Source: Candidatus Rokuibacteriota bacterium (GTDB taxonomy: Bacteria; Methylomirabilota; Methylomirabilia; Rokubacteriales; CSP1-6). From it: DNA of 64,000 nt. Positions within the stretch are counted from its first letter, which is position 1. Each line of letters begins with the position of its first letter. The position numbers and the translations under genes are program-made. The notes beneath the pieces are model-generated. The model was given only the letters and a program-made list of their open reading frames with translations, ran no database searches and was not told the DNA's origin. Where the stretch lies: NCBI GenBank assembly GCA_003220265.1, contig QHRW01000112.1, forward strand, positions 8,814-72,813, in the 5' to 3' direction. Of this stretch, positions 27,230 to 36,081 are shown piece by piece.

Positions 27230-28485
27230 CGCCGCCGCCCGCCGCCGGCACGCTCACGTGCCGCGGCTGCGGCGGCACGCTGGAGATCCGCGCGCCCGGC
27301 CGCTCGGTCAGCGTCGCCTGCGGCAGCTGCGGCGCTCTCCTCGACGCGACGGACCCCGACTACCGGCTCATCGCGCAATACACGGCCAGGAAGGTGACGC
27401 CGCGGATTCCGCTCGGCACCCGCGGCCGCTTCGGCGCCGAGACGTACGAGGCGATCGGCTATCTCGTGCGCAAGACCGTGGGCGAGAGCGACACGTGGTT
27501 CGAGTACCTGCTGCACAATCCCACGCTCGGCCAGCGCTGGCTCGTGGAGTACCACGGCCACTGGGTGATGACGCGCACGGCCTCGGGCGTTCCGGAGACG
27601 TCGCGGCGCGACGCGACCTACCAGGGTGTGCGCTATCGCCATTTCGAGAAAGCCAACGCCGAGGTGGTGGCCGTCGTCGGCGAGTTCCCGTGGACGCCGC
27701 GCGTCGGCGAGCGCGCGATGGTGGACGACTTCGTGGCGCCGCCGCGGATGCTGTCGCGCGAGGCCACGGGCCACGAGACCACGTGGTCCACGGGCGAGTA
27801 CATCGACGGCGCGACGGTGTGGAAGGCCTTCGGTCTTGCCGGCGCGCCGCCCGCCCGCATCGGCGTGGGCGCCGCGCAGCCCTCGCCGTACGCGGCGCAG
27901 GGCCGCGCGATGTTCCTGCTGGCCGTCTCGTTCGTGGCCGCCGCCGTCCTCGTCCACCTGCTGTTCGCGATCTTTTCCCAGCAGCGGCTGGTCACCGACA
28001 TCACCGGTGAGTACCGGCCGAACGTCCCCGAGGCGGCGACGGTCGTCAGCGAGCCCTTCGACCTGCGCGGCCGCACGTCGAACGTCATGGTGGAGATCTC
28101 CACCAACGTCGCGAACTCGTGGGCGTACTTCCATCTTTCGCTGGTCAACGAGTCCACCGGGGTGGCCAAGAGCTTCGGGCGCGAGGTGGGCTTCTACTCC
28201 GGCCGCGACAGCGACGGCGCGTGGAGCGAGGGCGCCAACTGGGACCGCGCCTACCTGCCCTCGGTGCTGTCGGGCGGCTACGTCCTCGTCGTGGAGCCCG
28301 AGGGGCCGCATCCCGTCGCCTGGCGCGCGCGCCTCACGCGCGACGTGCCGCGGCCACTGTGGGTGTGGCTGGCGATCGGCGCCATGCTGGTGCCGCCGGT
28401 GCTCTTCCTGTGGCGCCGCGCCGCCTTCGAGGCCCGGCGCTGGAGCCAGAGCGACCACGCGCCCGCGAGCCGCGACGACGATTAA
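27226..28485 (+). CDS. DUF4178-domain membrane protein with zinc ribbon (probable CTG start)
   Basis: CRGCG...CGSCG, IPLG-x2-G, WFEYLL, GEFPW, two TMs, E-x2-RW. Confidence 0.82.
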   Translation: MTPPPAAGTLTCRGCGGTLEIRAPGRSVSVACGSCGALLDATDPDYRLIAQYTARKVTPRIPLGTRGRFGAETYEAIGYLVRKTVGESDTWFEYLLHNPTLGQRWLVEYHGHWVMTRTASGVPETSRRDATYQGVRYRHFEKANAEVVAVVGEFPWTPRVGERAMVDDFVAPPRMLSREATGHETTWSTGEYIDGATVWKAFGLAGAPPARIGVGAAQPSPYAAQGRAMFLLAVSFVAAAVLVHLLFAIFSQQRLVTDITGEYRPNVPEAATVVSEPFDLRGRTSNVMVEISTNVANSWAYFHLSLVNESTGVAKSFGREVGFYSGRDSDGAWSEGANWDRAYLPSVLSGGYVLVVEPEGPHPVAWRARLTRDVPRPLWVWLAIGAMLVPPVLFLWRRAAFEARRWSQSDHAPASRDDD

Positions 28486-28625
28486 AGGAGGGGAAGGGGG
28501 AACCCTTCCAGGGTGCCCCTACGAAAAGGAGGGGAGGGGGGAACCCTTCTAGGGTGCCCCTACGAAAAGGAGGGGAAGGGGGAACCCTTCCAGGGTGCCC
28601 CTTCCAAAAGGAGGGGAAGGGGGAA
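28484..28625 (+). repeat. 41-bp tandem repeat (about 3.5 copies), hairpin- and SD-containing
   Basis: Units at 28484, 28525, 28566 and partial 28607: AAAGGAGGGGAAGGGGGAACCCTTCCAGGGTGCCCCTACGA. Confidence 0.92.
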
Positions 28626-28798
28626 TGGTCAGGGCGTACGTGGTCTTCGGCGGCCTCGTGCTGGCGGCGCTCACCTGGACGCACTACACGGGGTGGGGGC
28701 CGAGCGACGTGACGGAGGAGAAGGTCAAATCGGTCCGCGACAACCCGGGGTCGTACCGGTCGGCCTATGGGGGGCGGTCCTACACGGGAGCGAAATGA
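28625..28798 (+). CDS. Small membrane protein (57 aa)
   Basis: One TM helix followed by SVRDNPGSYRSAY; SD provided by the repeat. Confidence 0.75.
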   Translation: MVRAYVVFGGLVLAALTWTHYTGWGPSDVTEEKVKSVRDNPGSYRSAYGGRSYTGAK

Positions 28799-28799
28799 C

Positions 28800-29018
28800 A
28801 TGACGATTCCCGAGATCCACTGGGCTCCGATGGTCGCCGCGCTGGTGTACGCCACGCTCGGACTCGTGATCTTCGGCGTGGCGTTCGTCGTCGTCGATCG
28901 CTTCACGCCGTACCAGCTCTGGAAGGAGATCATCGACGAGAAGAACTCGGCGCTGGCCATCGTCGTCGGGGCGCTGGCCATCGGCATCTCGATCATCGTC
29001 TCCTCGGCGATCCGCTGA
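28800..29018 (+). CDS. DUF350-family membrane protein
   Basis: DRFTPYQLWKEI-x3-KNSALAIV...IIVSSAI. Confidence 0.88.
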   Translation: MTIPEIHWAPMVAALVYATLGLVIFGVAFVVVDRFTPYQLWKEIIDEKNSALAIVVGALAIGISIIVSSAIR

Positions 29019-29033
29019 CGGGGCGCCGTCCCC

Positions 29034-30527
29034 ATGTCCGCCGCGATCTACGTCACCGTCGTCGTCGTCGCCACCGCCGGCCTGGTCTACGAGCTGGTGG
29101 CCGCGGCGGCCGCCTCCTACCTCCTCGGCGACTCGATCACGCAGTTCTCCACGGTCATCGGCGCCTACCTGTTCGCGATGGGCATCGGCTCCTTCCTGTC
29201 GCGCTACGTCCGCCGCGGCGTGGCCGCGCGGTTCGTGGAGGTGGAGATCACCGTCGGGCTGGTGGGCGGCTGGGCGGCGACGCTGCTGTTCCTGGCCTTC
29301 GGGCAGACGCCGCACTTCCGCGTCGTCCTCTACGGCGTCGTCGGCGTGGTCGGCGTGCTGGTCGGGCTGGAAATCCCGCTGCTGCTGCGGCTGCTGCGCG
29401 GACGGCTCGTCTTCAGCGAGCTGGTGGCCCAGGTGCTGTCGCTGGACTACGCGGGCGCGCTCGTCGCCTCGCTGCTGTTCCCGCTGTTGCTGGTGCCGCG
29501 CCTGGGATTGATCCGCACCTCGCTCCTGATCGGGCTGGCCAACGCCGCCGTGGGGCTGTGGTCGACGTGGATCTTCCGTCACGAGCTGGGGCGCACGGCG
29601 TTCCTGCGCGGCCTCGGCGTGGCCGGCGTGCTCGTGCTGACGGCGGGCACGGTGGCGGCCGAGCGCATCACCACGTGGGCGGAAGAGCGGCTTTACGCCG
29701 ACGAGATCGTCTTCACGCGCACCTCGGCCTACCAGCGCATCGTCCTCACGCGCTGGGCCGACGACGTGCGGCTCTTCCTCAACGGCCACCTGCAGTTCTC
29801 CTCGCGCGACGAGTACCGCTATCACGAGGCGCTCGTGCATCCCGCGCTCGCCGCTCACCCGGCGCCCCGCCGCGTGCTGATCCTCGGCGGCGGCGACGGC
29901 CTCGCCGCGCGCGAGATCCTGCGCTACCCGGCGGTGGAGTCGGTCACGCTGGTGGACCTCGATCCCGAGATGACGCGGCTGTTCGGCGACAACCCGCTGC
30001 TGCGCGAGCTCAACGGCGGCGCGCTCACCGACCGCCGCCTGCGCGTCGTGAACGCCGACGCCTTCATCTGGCTGAGCGCCACCCAGGAGACCTTCGACGT
30101 GGCGATCGTGGATTTTCCCGACCCGCACAACTTCTCGCTCGGCAAGCTCTACTCGCGCTCGTTCTACCGGCTGCTGCGCGCGCGGCTGGCCGCCGACGGG
30201 CTCGCGGCGGTGCAGGCGACCTCGCCCATGTTCGCGCGCCGCTCGTTCTGGTGCATCGCCGAGACCGTGCGCAGCGCGGGGCTGGACGCGCGGCCCTACC
30301 ACGTCTACGTCCCCTCGTTCGGCGAGTGGGGCTTCGTGCTGGCGGCGGCCTCAGGCTGGACGGCCCCGCGCGCGTACCCGTCGGGCCTGCGCTTCCTCAC
30401 GGTGGAGGGGACGCCGGCGCTCTTCGCCTTCCCGCCCGACATGGCCGCGGTTCCCGTCGAGATCAACCGCCTCGACAACCAGATCCTCGTTCACTACTAC
30501 GGCGCCGAGTGGAGTCGCGTTTATTGA
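29034..30527 (+). CDS. speE: Membrane-bound polyamine aminopropyltransferase (spermidine synthase, long form)
   Basis: 7-TM N-domain (GLVYEL, QFS-x2-IG, GLEIPL); YQRI, DEYRYHEALVHP, LGGGDG, VDLD, DFPDP. Confidence 0.92.
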   Translation: MSAAIYVTVVVVATAGLVYELVAAAAASYLLGDSITQFSTVIGAYLFAMGIGSFLSRYVRRGVAARFVEVEITVGLVGGWAATLLFLAFGQTPHFRVVLYGVVGVVGVLVGLEIPLLLRLLRGRLVFSELVAQVLSLDYAGALVASLLFPLLLVPRLGLIRTSLLIGLANAAVGLWSTWIFRHELGRTAFLRGLGVAGVLVLTAGTVAAERITTWAEERLYADEIVFTRTSAYQRIVLTRWADDVRLFLNGHLQFSSRDEYRYHEALVHPALAAHPAPRRVLILGGGDGLAAREILRYPAVESVTLVDLDPEMTRLFGDNPLLRELNGGALTDRRLRVVNADAFIWLSATQETFDVAIVDFPDPHNFSLGKLYSRSFYRLLRARLAADGLAAVQATSPMFARRSFWCIAETVRSAGLDARPYHVYVPSFGEWGFVLAAASGWTAPRAYPSGLRFLTVEGTPALFAFPPDMAAVPVEINRLDNQILVHYYGAEWSRVY

Positions 30528-30530
30528 AGC

Positions 30531-30603
30531 TGGGGGCCCCGATATGGCCCCCAGACCCCCAGCGCTCGGGCCGGCCCGGCAAAGCCGGGGCGGCCCTCGT
30601 CAA
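30531..30603. repeat. REP-like element copy C
   Basis: GGGGGCCCCGATATGGCCCCC plus CCCGGC-AAA-GCCGGG; 3 nt after TGA. Confidence 0.72.
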
Positions 30604-30695
30604 GCCCCGTGTTGACACGCCGCCACCTCCTCGCCGGGGCGGCCCTCGTCAAGCCGTGTTGACACGCCGCCAGCTGCTCGCCGGGGCGGCGCTCG
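30584..30695 (+). repeat. 47-49-bp tandem duplication of the oxidoreductase gene start
   Basis: GCCGGGGCGGCCCTCGTCAAGCC(CC)GTGTTGACACGCCGCCA at 30584 and 30633. Confidence 0.8.
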
Positions 30696-32263
30696 CGGTG
30701 GCGGCGGGTGGGTGCCGGCCGAGCGCGGCGGCGCCGATCGAGGGGGCGATCGTGGGCGCCGGCCATGGTCTGGGCCATCGCTTGCGCGACGGCGGGGCGT
30801 GGCCGCCGCCGGCGCGGACCGAGCGCGTCGCGGTGGTGATCGTCGGCGGCGGCGTGGCCGGCCTCGGCGCGGCCTGGCACCTCGCGCGCTCCGGGGTCAA
30901 AGACCTCGCCGTGCTCGAGCTGGAAGACACGCCGGGCGGCAATGCGCGCGCCGGCGCGTCCGCCGTCACCGGCTATCCGTGGGGCGCGCACTATCTGCCG
31001 CTGCCGGGTCCGACGGCGACAGACGTGCGCACGCTGCTGCGGGAGCTCGGCGTCATCGAAGGCGTGGCACGCGATGGGCGGCCGCGCTACGACGAGCGTC
31101 ACCTCTGTCACGCGCCGCAGGAGCGGCTCTTCGCTCACGGCCGCTGGCACGACGGGCTGTTTCCCGCCATCGGCGCCACGGCGGACGATCGCGCGCAGCT
31201 CGAGCGCTTCCGGCTCGAGATGGACGGCTTCCGGCGCTGGCGTGACGGCGCCGGCCGGCGCGCGTTCGCCATCCCGCGCGCCGCCGGCGCGCCGGGCGCC
31301 TTCGCCGAGCTGGATCGTCTGTCGATGGCCGACTTCCTCGCCCGGCGCGGCTACACCTCGGCGCGGGTGCGCTGGTGGATCGACTACGGCTGCCGCGACG
31401 ACTTCGGCACCGATCTCGCCGGCACCTCCGCGTGGGCGGCCGTCCACTACCACGCCGCGCGCGACCCCGATCCGGAGTACGGCGACGTCGTCCTCACGTG
31501 GCCCGAGGGCAACGGCTGGCTCACGCAGCGTCTGGCCGAGCCGGTCGCGGATCGCGTTCGCGTGGGCCATCTCGTCGTCAACGTCGAGCCCGCCGGCGAT
31601 CGCGTCGCGGTCGATGCGTGGGACGCCCGTGCCGCGCGCGGCGTGCGCCTGCTGGCGCGCGAGGTCGTGCTGGCCTGCCCTGTCCTCGTCGCCGCGCGCC
31701 TCTACCGTCCGTGGCGCGAGCGGCCGCCGGCGTTCGCCGCGGCCTTCCGCTATGCGCCGTGGCTCGTGGCCAATCTCCACGTCGATCGCCGCCCGGCGGG
31801 CGCGGGCGGCGCCGCGCCCGCGTGGGACAACGTGATCTACGAGGGCGCCGGCCTGGGCTACGTCGACGCCATGCACCAGTCGCTGCGCAGCCACGACGGC
31901 CCGACCGTCCTCACGTACTACCGGCCGTACGCCGGCCCCGACCCCGCGGCGGCGCGGCGCGCGCTGCTGGACGCCTCGTGGTCGGCCCTGCGCGACGAGG
32001 TGCTGCGCGACCTCGCGCGTCCGCATCCCGATCTCGCACGCGAGGTGCGCCGGCTCGACGTGATGCGTTACGGCCACGCCATGGTGCGGCCGGAGCCGGG
32101 CCTGTCCACCGGCGGCGCCCTCGCCGCGGCCGGCGCCGCGCTCGCGGGACCGGTGCACCTGGCCCACGCCGACCTGTCCGGATTCTCCTTGTTCGAAGAG
32201 GCGTTCGACTGGGGTACGCGCGTGGCGGCGCGTGTGCGCGCACGTCTGCCACGATTCTCTTGA
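30656..32263 (+). CDS. Tat-exported FAD-dependent (amine-oxidase-like) oxidoreductase
   Basis: TRRQLL twin-arginine signal with a lipobox-like Cys; GGGVAG, YPWGAHYLP, CRDDFG, TWPEGNG, AWDNVIY, SLFEEA. Confidence 0.88.
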   Translation: MLTRRQLLAGAALAVAAGGCRPSAAAPIEGAIVGAGHGLGHRLRDGGAWPPPARTERVAVVIVGGGVAGLGAAWHLARSGVKDLAVLELEDTPGGNARAGASAVTGYPWGAHYLPLPGPTATDVRTLLRELGVIEGVARDGRPRYDERHLCHAPQERLFAHGRWHDGLFPAIGATADDRAQLERFRLEMDGFRRWRDGAGRRAFAIPRAAGAPGAFAELDRLSMADFLARRGYTSARVRWWIDYGCRDDFGTDLAGTSAWAAVHYHAARDPDPEYGDVVLTWPEGNGWLTQRLAEPVADRVRVGHLVVNVEPAGDRVAVDAWDARAARGVRLLAREVVLACPVLVAARLYRPWRERPPAFAAAFRYAPWLVANLHVDRRPAGAGGAAPAWDNVIYEGAGLGYVDAMHQSLRSHDGPTVLTYYRPYAGPDPAAARRALLDASWSALRDEVLRDLARPHPDLAREVRRLDVMRYGHAMVRPEPGLSTGGALAAAGAALAGPVHLAHADLSGFSLFEEAFDWGTRVAARVRARLPRFS

Positions 32264-32296
32264 CCTCCCGCCCGGCCGCGCCCTAGGGTCGATTCA

Positions 32297-33103
32297 ATGC
32301 CGGATTCGTACGAAAACGTTCCCCATGGAGAGCCGAAGCCCGACGTGCCGCGCTGGGATCCCGCGGCCAACGTCCCCCGCTGGCAGCCGCCCGTCCAGGA
32401 AGCGTCGGTCGTCATCTCCGACGACGATGCCGCCACACGCCGCGCGCCGATCGCGCGCGTGTCGCCGCTCTCGCAGCCGTTCGACTTCTGGCGCGTCCAC
32501 CCGTGGCTGGTCGTGTGGCTGTGCGTGTTCCTGGCGCCCGTGGCCGTGGTGCTGTTGCGCCTCGCCGACGAGTGGGGCTTCGAGGGGCTGGTGGCGCCGC
32601 TGCAGTGGGCGCTCCTCGCGTTCTTCGCCGTCGCGCTGCTGCGCGGCGTCCTCTTCAGCGCGCCGCGCTCGGCGATGCGCCTCGGCGTCGGCGTGGCGGC
32701 GGCGCTCGGTGTGGGCGCCGTCCTGCTGTGGCCGATGACACAGATCAGCCTGGGCCGGGTGATCTGCCCGTCCCGCGCGGGCAGCGACCGCGGCGTGCAG
32801 GCGGCGGCGGTCGCGCTCCAGGCATGGCAGCGGGGCGAGACCGGAAGCCGCGCGTGGCGTGGCGGCGAGCCGGACGCGGGGTGGCTCGAGACCGCGCGCA
32901 GGATCCGCCTGCTCGAGTACCAGCTCGTCGAGACCGGCTGCTTCGACCGCGTGGCGCCGATCGACGCGCACCGCACGTGGCACGACTTCCGGGTGACGAT
33001 CCGGGAGGGAGAGCGCGCGCCGCTGTCGAAGCTCGTCGTGGTGCACACCGTGACCGAGAGCGGCAGCTGGAAGATCACCGGCGTCGAAGGACCGCTGCCG
33101 TGA
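32297..33103 (+). CDS. Hypothetical membrane protein (3 TM + NTF2-like C-domain)
   Basis: Hydrophobic segments; ...WKITGVE end; TTGACC-N18-TAGGGT promoter 7 nt upstream. Confidence 0.75.
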   Translation: MPDSYENVPHGEPKPDVPRWDPAANVPRWQPPVQEASVVISDDDAATRRAPIARVSPLSQPFDFWRVHPWLVVWLCVFLAPVAVVLLRLADEWGFEGLVAPLQWALLAFFAVALLRGVLFSAPRSAMRLGVGVAAALGVGAVLLWPMTQISLGRVICPSRAGSDRGVQAAAVALQAWQRGETGSRAWRGGEPDAGWLETARRIRLLEYQLVETGCFDRVAPIDAHRTWHDFRVTIREGERAPLSKLVVVHTVTESGSWKITGVEGPLP

Positions 33104-34239
33104 GCGACTTCAGCGACATCGAACAGTTCGGGCGCGAGCATGGCGACTGCGGCGGCATCACGCCGACCGCGGTATCGCAGGACGACGGCGGCTTCGTCTT
33201 GACGCTGACGTGCGCGTGCGGCGCCTTCCTGGATCGCTGGATCACGGCGGAGGACGCGAATCAGCCGCTGCCGCTCCCCGAAGAGCTGATCGTGCCGGCC
33301 GCGGCCCCGGCGGCGCCCGCGCCCGCTGCGCCGCCGGCGTCCCGCGCGGCGCCGCGGCGGACGGTGACGCCCAGCGCGGATTACGACGCCGTGCTTCGCG
33401 CGGCCGTCGAGGCCGAGGAGGCGGCTCCACCCGCGCGGCCCGCCCCGCCGCCGCCCCCCGCGCCCAAACGCGCCCCGTCCCCCACGGCGCCCACGCCGGC
33501 GCCGAGCAGCGACCTCGCGACACTGGTGCGTGAGCTCCGGGCGAAGCCGCCCGGATCGGACGCGACACGGGCGCGCAGCGGACCGGCCAGGCTGAACCTC
33601 GATGCGACGATCGACACCGCGCTCAGCGAGCAGGATGCGCGCGCCAAAGGTGAGGTCAAGGGGCGCCGCGACTATCGCATCCTCTGGCTGGTGCTCGTCG
33701 TGCTCGTCACGGTCGGCGCCTCCACCGGGATCTACGTGATGACCGGCCCGGACACGCCGCCGGTGCCGCCGGCCGCCTCAGTGCCCCCACCGCGCCCGCC
33801 CGAGCAGCAGCGGCGCGCCGAGTTCGACGAGGTGATGAAGTCACTGCGACAGTTGCAGCGCGTCAGCTCGCTCGGCACGGACCCGGCGGTGTATTCGAGT
33901 CGGGTGATCTTCGCGAAGGTCGATGTGGAGCGCTTCATGGCCGAGACACCGCCCGGACCCAGCCGGAGCGGCGTGCGGGAGGTGCTCGACGTCCACGTCC
34001 TGGCTGCCGCCGCCTTGAAGGCGCGCGAGCTCCGGCAGAAGGACGTGTGGGAGGGGCTCGGTCGCGACACGGCCATCGACCTCTGCCCGGCGGTCAGGAG
34101 CGCCGTGGACTCCGCGGAGACGCTGGCGAACGCCTCGCGCGCGCAGGCGCGCGGCGTCGCGGTCGCCGCCGCGATCCCGCTGCTCTGGGAGTGCGCGGCC
34201 GAGAAGATCGCCGCGCTCGAGGCGGCCCCGGGCCAGTAG
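33100..34239 (+). CDS. Hypothetical bitopic protein: putative Zn-binding N-domain, Pro-rich linker, TM, helical C-domain
   Basis: GTGA overlap; HGDC...CAC; ILWLVLVVLVTVG TM. Confidence 0.7.
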   Translation: MSDFSDIEQFGREHGDCGGITPTAVSQDDGGFVLTLTCACGAFLDRWITAEDANQPLPLPEELIVPAAAPAAPAPAAPPASRAAPRRTVTPSADYDAVLRAAVEAEEAAPPARPAPPPPPAPKRAPSPTAPTPAPSSDLATLVRELRAKPPGSDATRARSGPARLNLDATIDTALSEQDARAKGEVKGRRDYRILWLVLVVLVTVGASTGIYVMTGPDTPPVPPAASVPPPRPPEQQRRAEFDEVMKSLRQLQRVSSLGTDPAVYSSRVIFAKVDVERFMAETPPGPSRSGVREVLDVHVLAAAALKARELRQKDVWEGLGRDTAIDLCPAVRSAVDSAETLANASRAQARGVAVAAAIPLLWECAAEKIAALEAAPGQ

Positions 34240-34723
34240 CGCGTCCGGCCAGCCGCGCGAGCGGCGCGCCCGTCAGCCGCGTCAGCACCCACTCCTTGCG
34301 AAAGCCGGCGCCGAGCGCGCGATAGAACTTCATCGCCGGCCGGTTCCAGTCGAGCACCGCCCACTCCATCCGTCCGCAGCGGCGGCGCATGGCGATGCGC
34401 GCCAGCGCCCGCAGCAGCGCGACTCCGGCGCCCCGCCCGCGCTCGCTGGGCAGCACGAAGAGATCCTCGAGATAGAGCGTGGGGCGCGCCAGGAACGTGG
34501 AGTAGGTGAAGAAGTAGAGCGCGAAGCCCACCGGCCGCCGCGCGCGGCGGCAGATGAGCGTCTCGAAATAGCGCGGGCGGCCGAAGCCGTCGCGGCGGAT
34601 GCCGGCCGCCGTCGCCACGCACTCGTGCAGGAGGCGCTCGTAGTCGGCGAGCCCGCGGATGAGCGCGAGGATGGTGGGGACGTCGCGCCGGGTGCCTCGG
34701 CGGATCGTGAGGGCAGCGGCCAC
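34094..34723 (-). CDS. GNAT acetyltransferase, diamine/SSAT-like
   Basis: LADYE, VGFALYFFTYST, LYLEDLFV-x4-RGRG-x-G, VLDWN-x-PA-x2-FY; 3' end overlaps the convergent gene. Confidence 0.9.
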   Translation of the reverse strand: MAAALTIRRGTRRDVPTILALIRGLADYERLLHECVATAAGIRRDGFGRPRYFETLICRRARRPVGFALYFFTYSTFLARPTLYLEDLFVLPSERGRGAGVALLRALARIAMRRRCGRMEWAVLDWNRPAMKFYRALGAGFRKEWVLTRLTGAPLARLAGRATGPGPPRARRSSRPRTPRAAGSRRRPRRRAPARARRSPASPRSPRRS

Positions 34724-34733
34724 GCGGCGGGCG

Positions 34734-36062
34734 TCAGGCGGCCGCGACGGCCAGCAACATCTCGGTGTACGCGCGCGCCCCCAGGCGCACGTTCTCCACG
34801 GAGATGCGCTCGTCGTTGCCGTGGATGCGCCGGTATTCCCCCTCGTCGAGCACGAAGGGGCTCCAGCCGTAGCCCTGCAGGCCGAGGCTGCGGAACACCC
34901 AGTTGTCCGTGAAGCCGGTGAGGATACCGGGCGCGATGACGGCCCCCGGCATGCGGACGCGCAGCGAGTCGGCCAGCGCCTTGTACAGCTCGGTGTCGGG
35001 CGGCGAGAGGTTGGGGACCTTCGGCGTGCGCACGGTGGTGACCTCGATGCGCTCGTCGGCGATGACGCTCCGCACCCACGCCAGGATCTCGCCGGGATCG
35101 TCGCCCGCCAGCATGCGGCAGTCGATCTCGGCCACCGCCTCGGGCGGGATCACGTTGATCTTCTCGCTGGCCTTGAGGATGTTCACGGCGAAGGTCGTGC
35201 GCACCAGCGCGGCGTGCTGGCGGTTGGCCAGGAAGCGCGCGCGGAACGACGGCTCTCGCAGCGACGCCTCCACGTCCTCGTAGCCGGCCGCGTCCGCCTC
35301 CGGCAGCACGCGGGCGAGCTGGCGGAAGTACTCGGCGATCTCCGGCAGCACGCGCGGCGGCCGCTCGGCCGCGAGCAGCCGGCCGAGCGCGCGCACGAGC
35401 CGGTGCGGCGCCGTGTCCGGCCACGGCTGCGAGCCGTGCCCGGGCTCGCCGCGCGCGGTGAGCTTGAGGGGCAGGCCGGTCTTCTCCGAGATGATGATGA
35501 TGCCGAGCGGCGCGCGATAGCCGGCGTCGTGGTCGATCCCGGCCAGCTCGGACAGCGCGTACTCGGCGCCGTTGAGCCATGACCGCCGCTGCTCGGCCAC
35601 GAAGCGCGCGCCGAAGGCGCTGCCGGCCTCCTCGTCGGCGGTGGCCAGCAGGATCAGGTCGCGCTTGAGCGGGATGCGCGCGCGCTTGATGGCCAGCAGC
35701 GCGGCGAGCTGGGCGACGCCGGTGGACTTCATGTCCAGCGCGCCGCGGCCCCAGAGATAGCCGTCCTTGACGACGCCGCCGAAGGGATCGACGGTCCAGT
35801 AGCGCCGGTCGGCGTACACGACGTCGATGTGATGGTGGAGCACGATGCCGCCCAGCGAGCCGTCGCCCACGACCCGCGCGACGAGATTGGCGCGGCCCGG
35901 CGCCGACTCCGCGATCTCGGTCGCGATGCCGTCGCGCGCGAGCACCTCGGCCAGGAAGCGCGCCCCCGCGATCTCGTTGCCGGGCGGGTTCGTCGTGTCG
36001 ATCGCCAGGTACCGGCGCAGCAGCGCGACGTTCTCGTCACCGAGGGCAGCCCAGTCGATCAT
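34734..36062 (-). CDS. M20/M25/M40 metallo-hydrolase
   Basis: TNPPGNE, HIDVV, GRGALDMK, DEE, GHGS, IHG-x-DE. Confidence 0.93.
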   Translation of the reverse strand: MIDWAALGDENVALLRRYLAIDTTNPPGNEIAGARFLAEVLARDGIATEIAESAPGRANLVARVVGDGSLGGIVLHHHIDVVYADRRYWTVDPFGGVVKDGYLWGRGALDMKSTGVAQLAALLAIKRARIPLKRDLILLATADEEAGSAFGARFVAEQRRSWLNGAEYALSELAGIDHDAGYRAPLGIIIISEKTGLPLKLTARGEPGHGSQPWPDTAPHRLVRALGRLLAAERPPRVLPEIAEYFRQLARVLPEADAAGYEDVEASLREPSFRARFLANRQHAALVRTTFAVNILKASEKINVIPPEAVAEIDCRMLAGDDPGEILAWVRSVIADERIEVTTVRTPKVPNLSPPDTELYKALADSLRVRMPGAVIAPGILTGFTDNWVFRSLGLQGYGWSPFVLDEGEYRRIHGNDERISVENVRLGARAYTEMLLAVAAA

Positions 36063-36081
36063 CGTGCTCTCCTGCGGGCGG

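Noticed and set aside
28484-28625. 41-bp repeat as a CRISPR array
   Set aside because: Units are contiguous with no unique spacers, and there are no cas genes in the window
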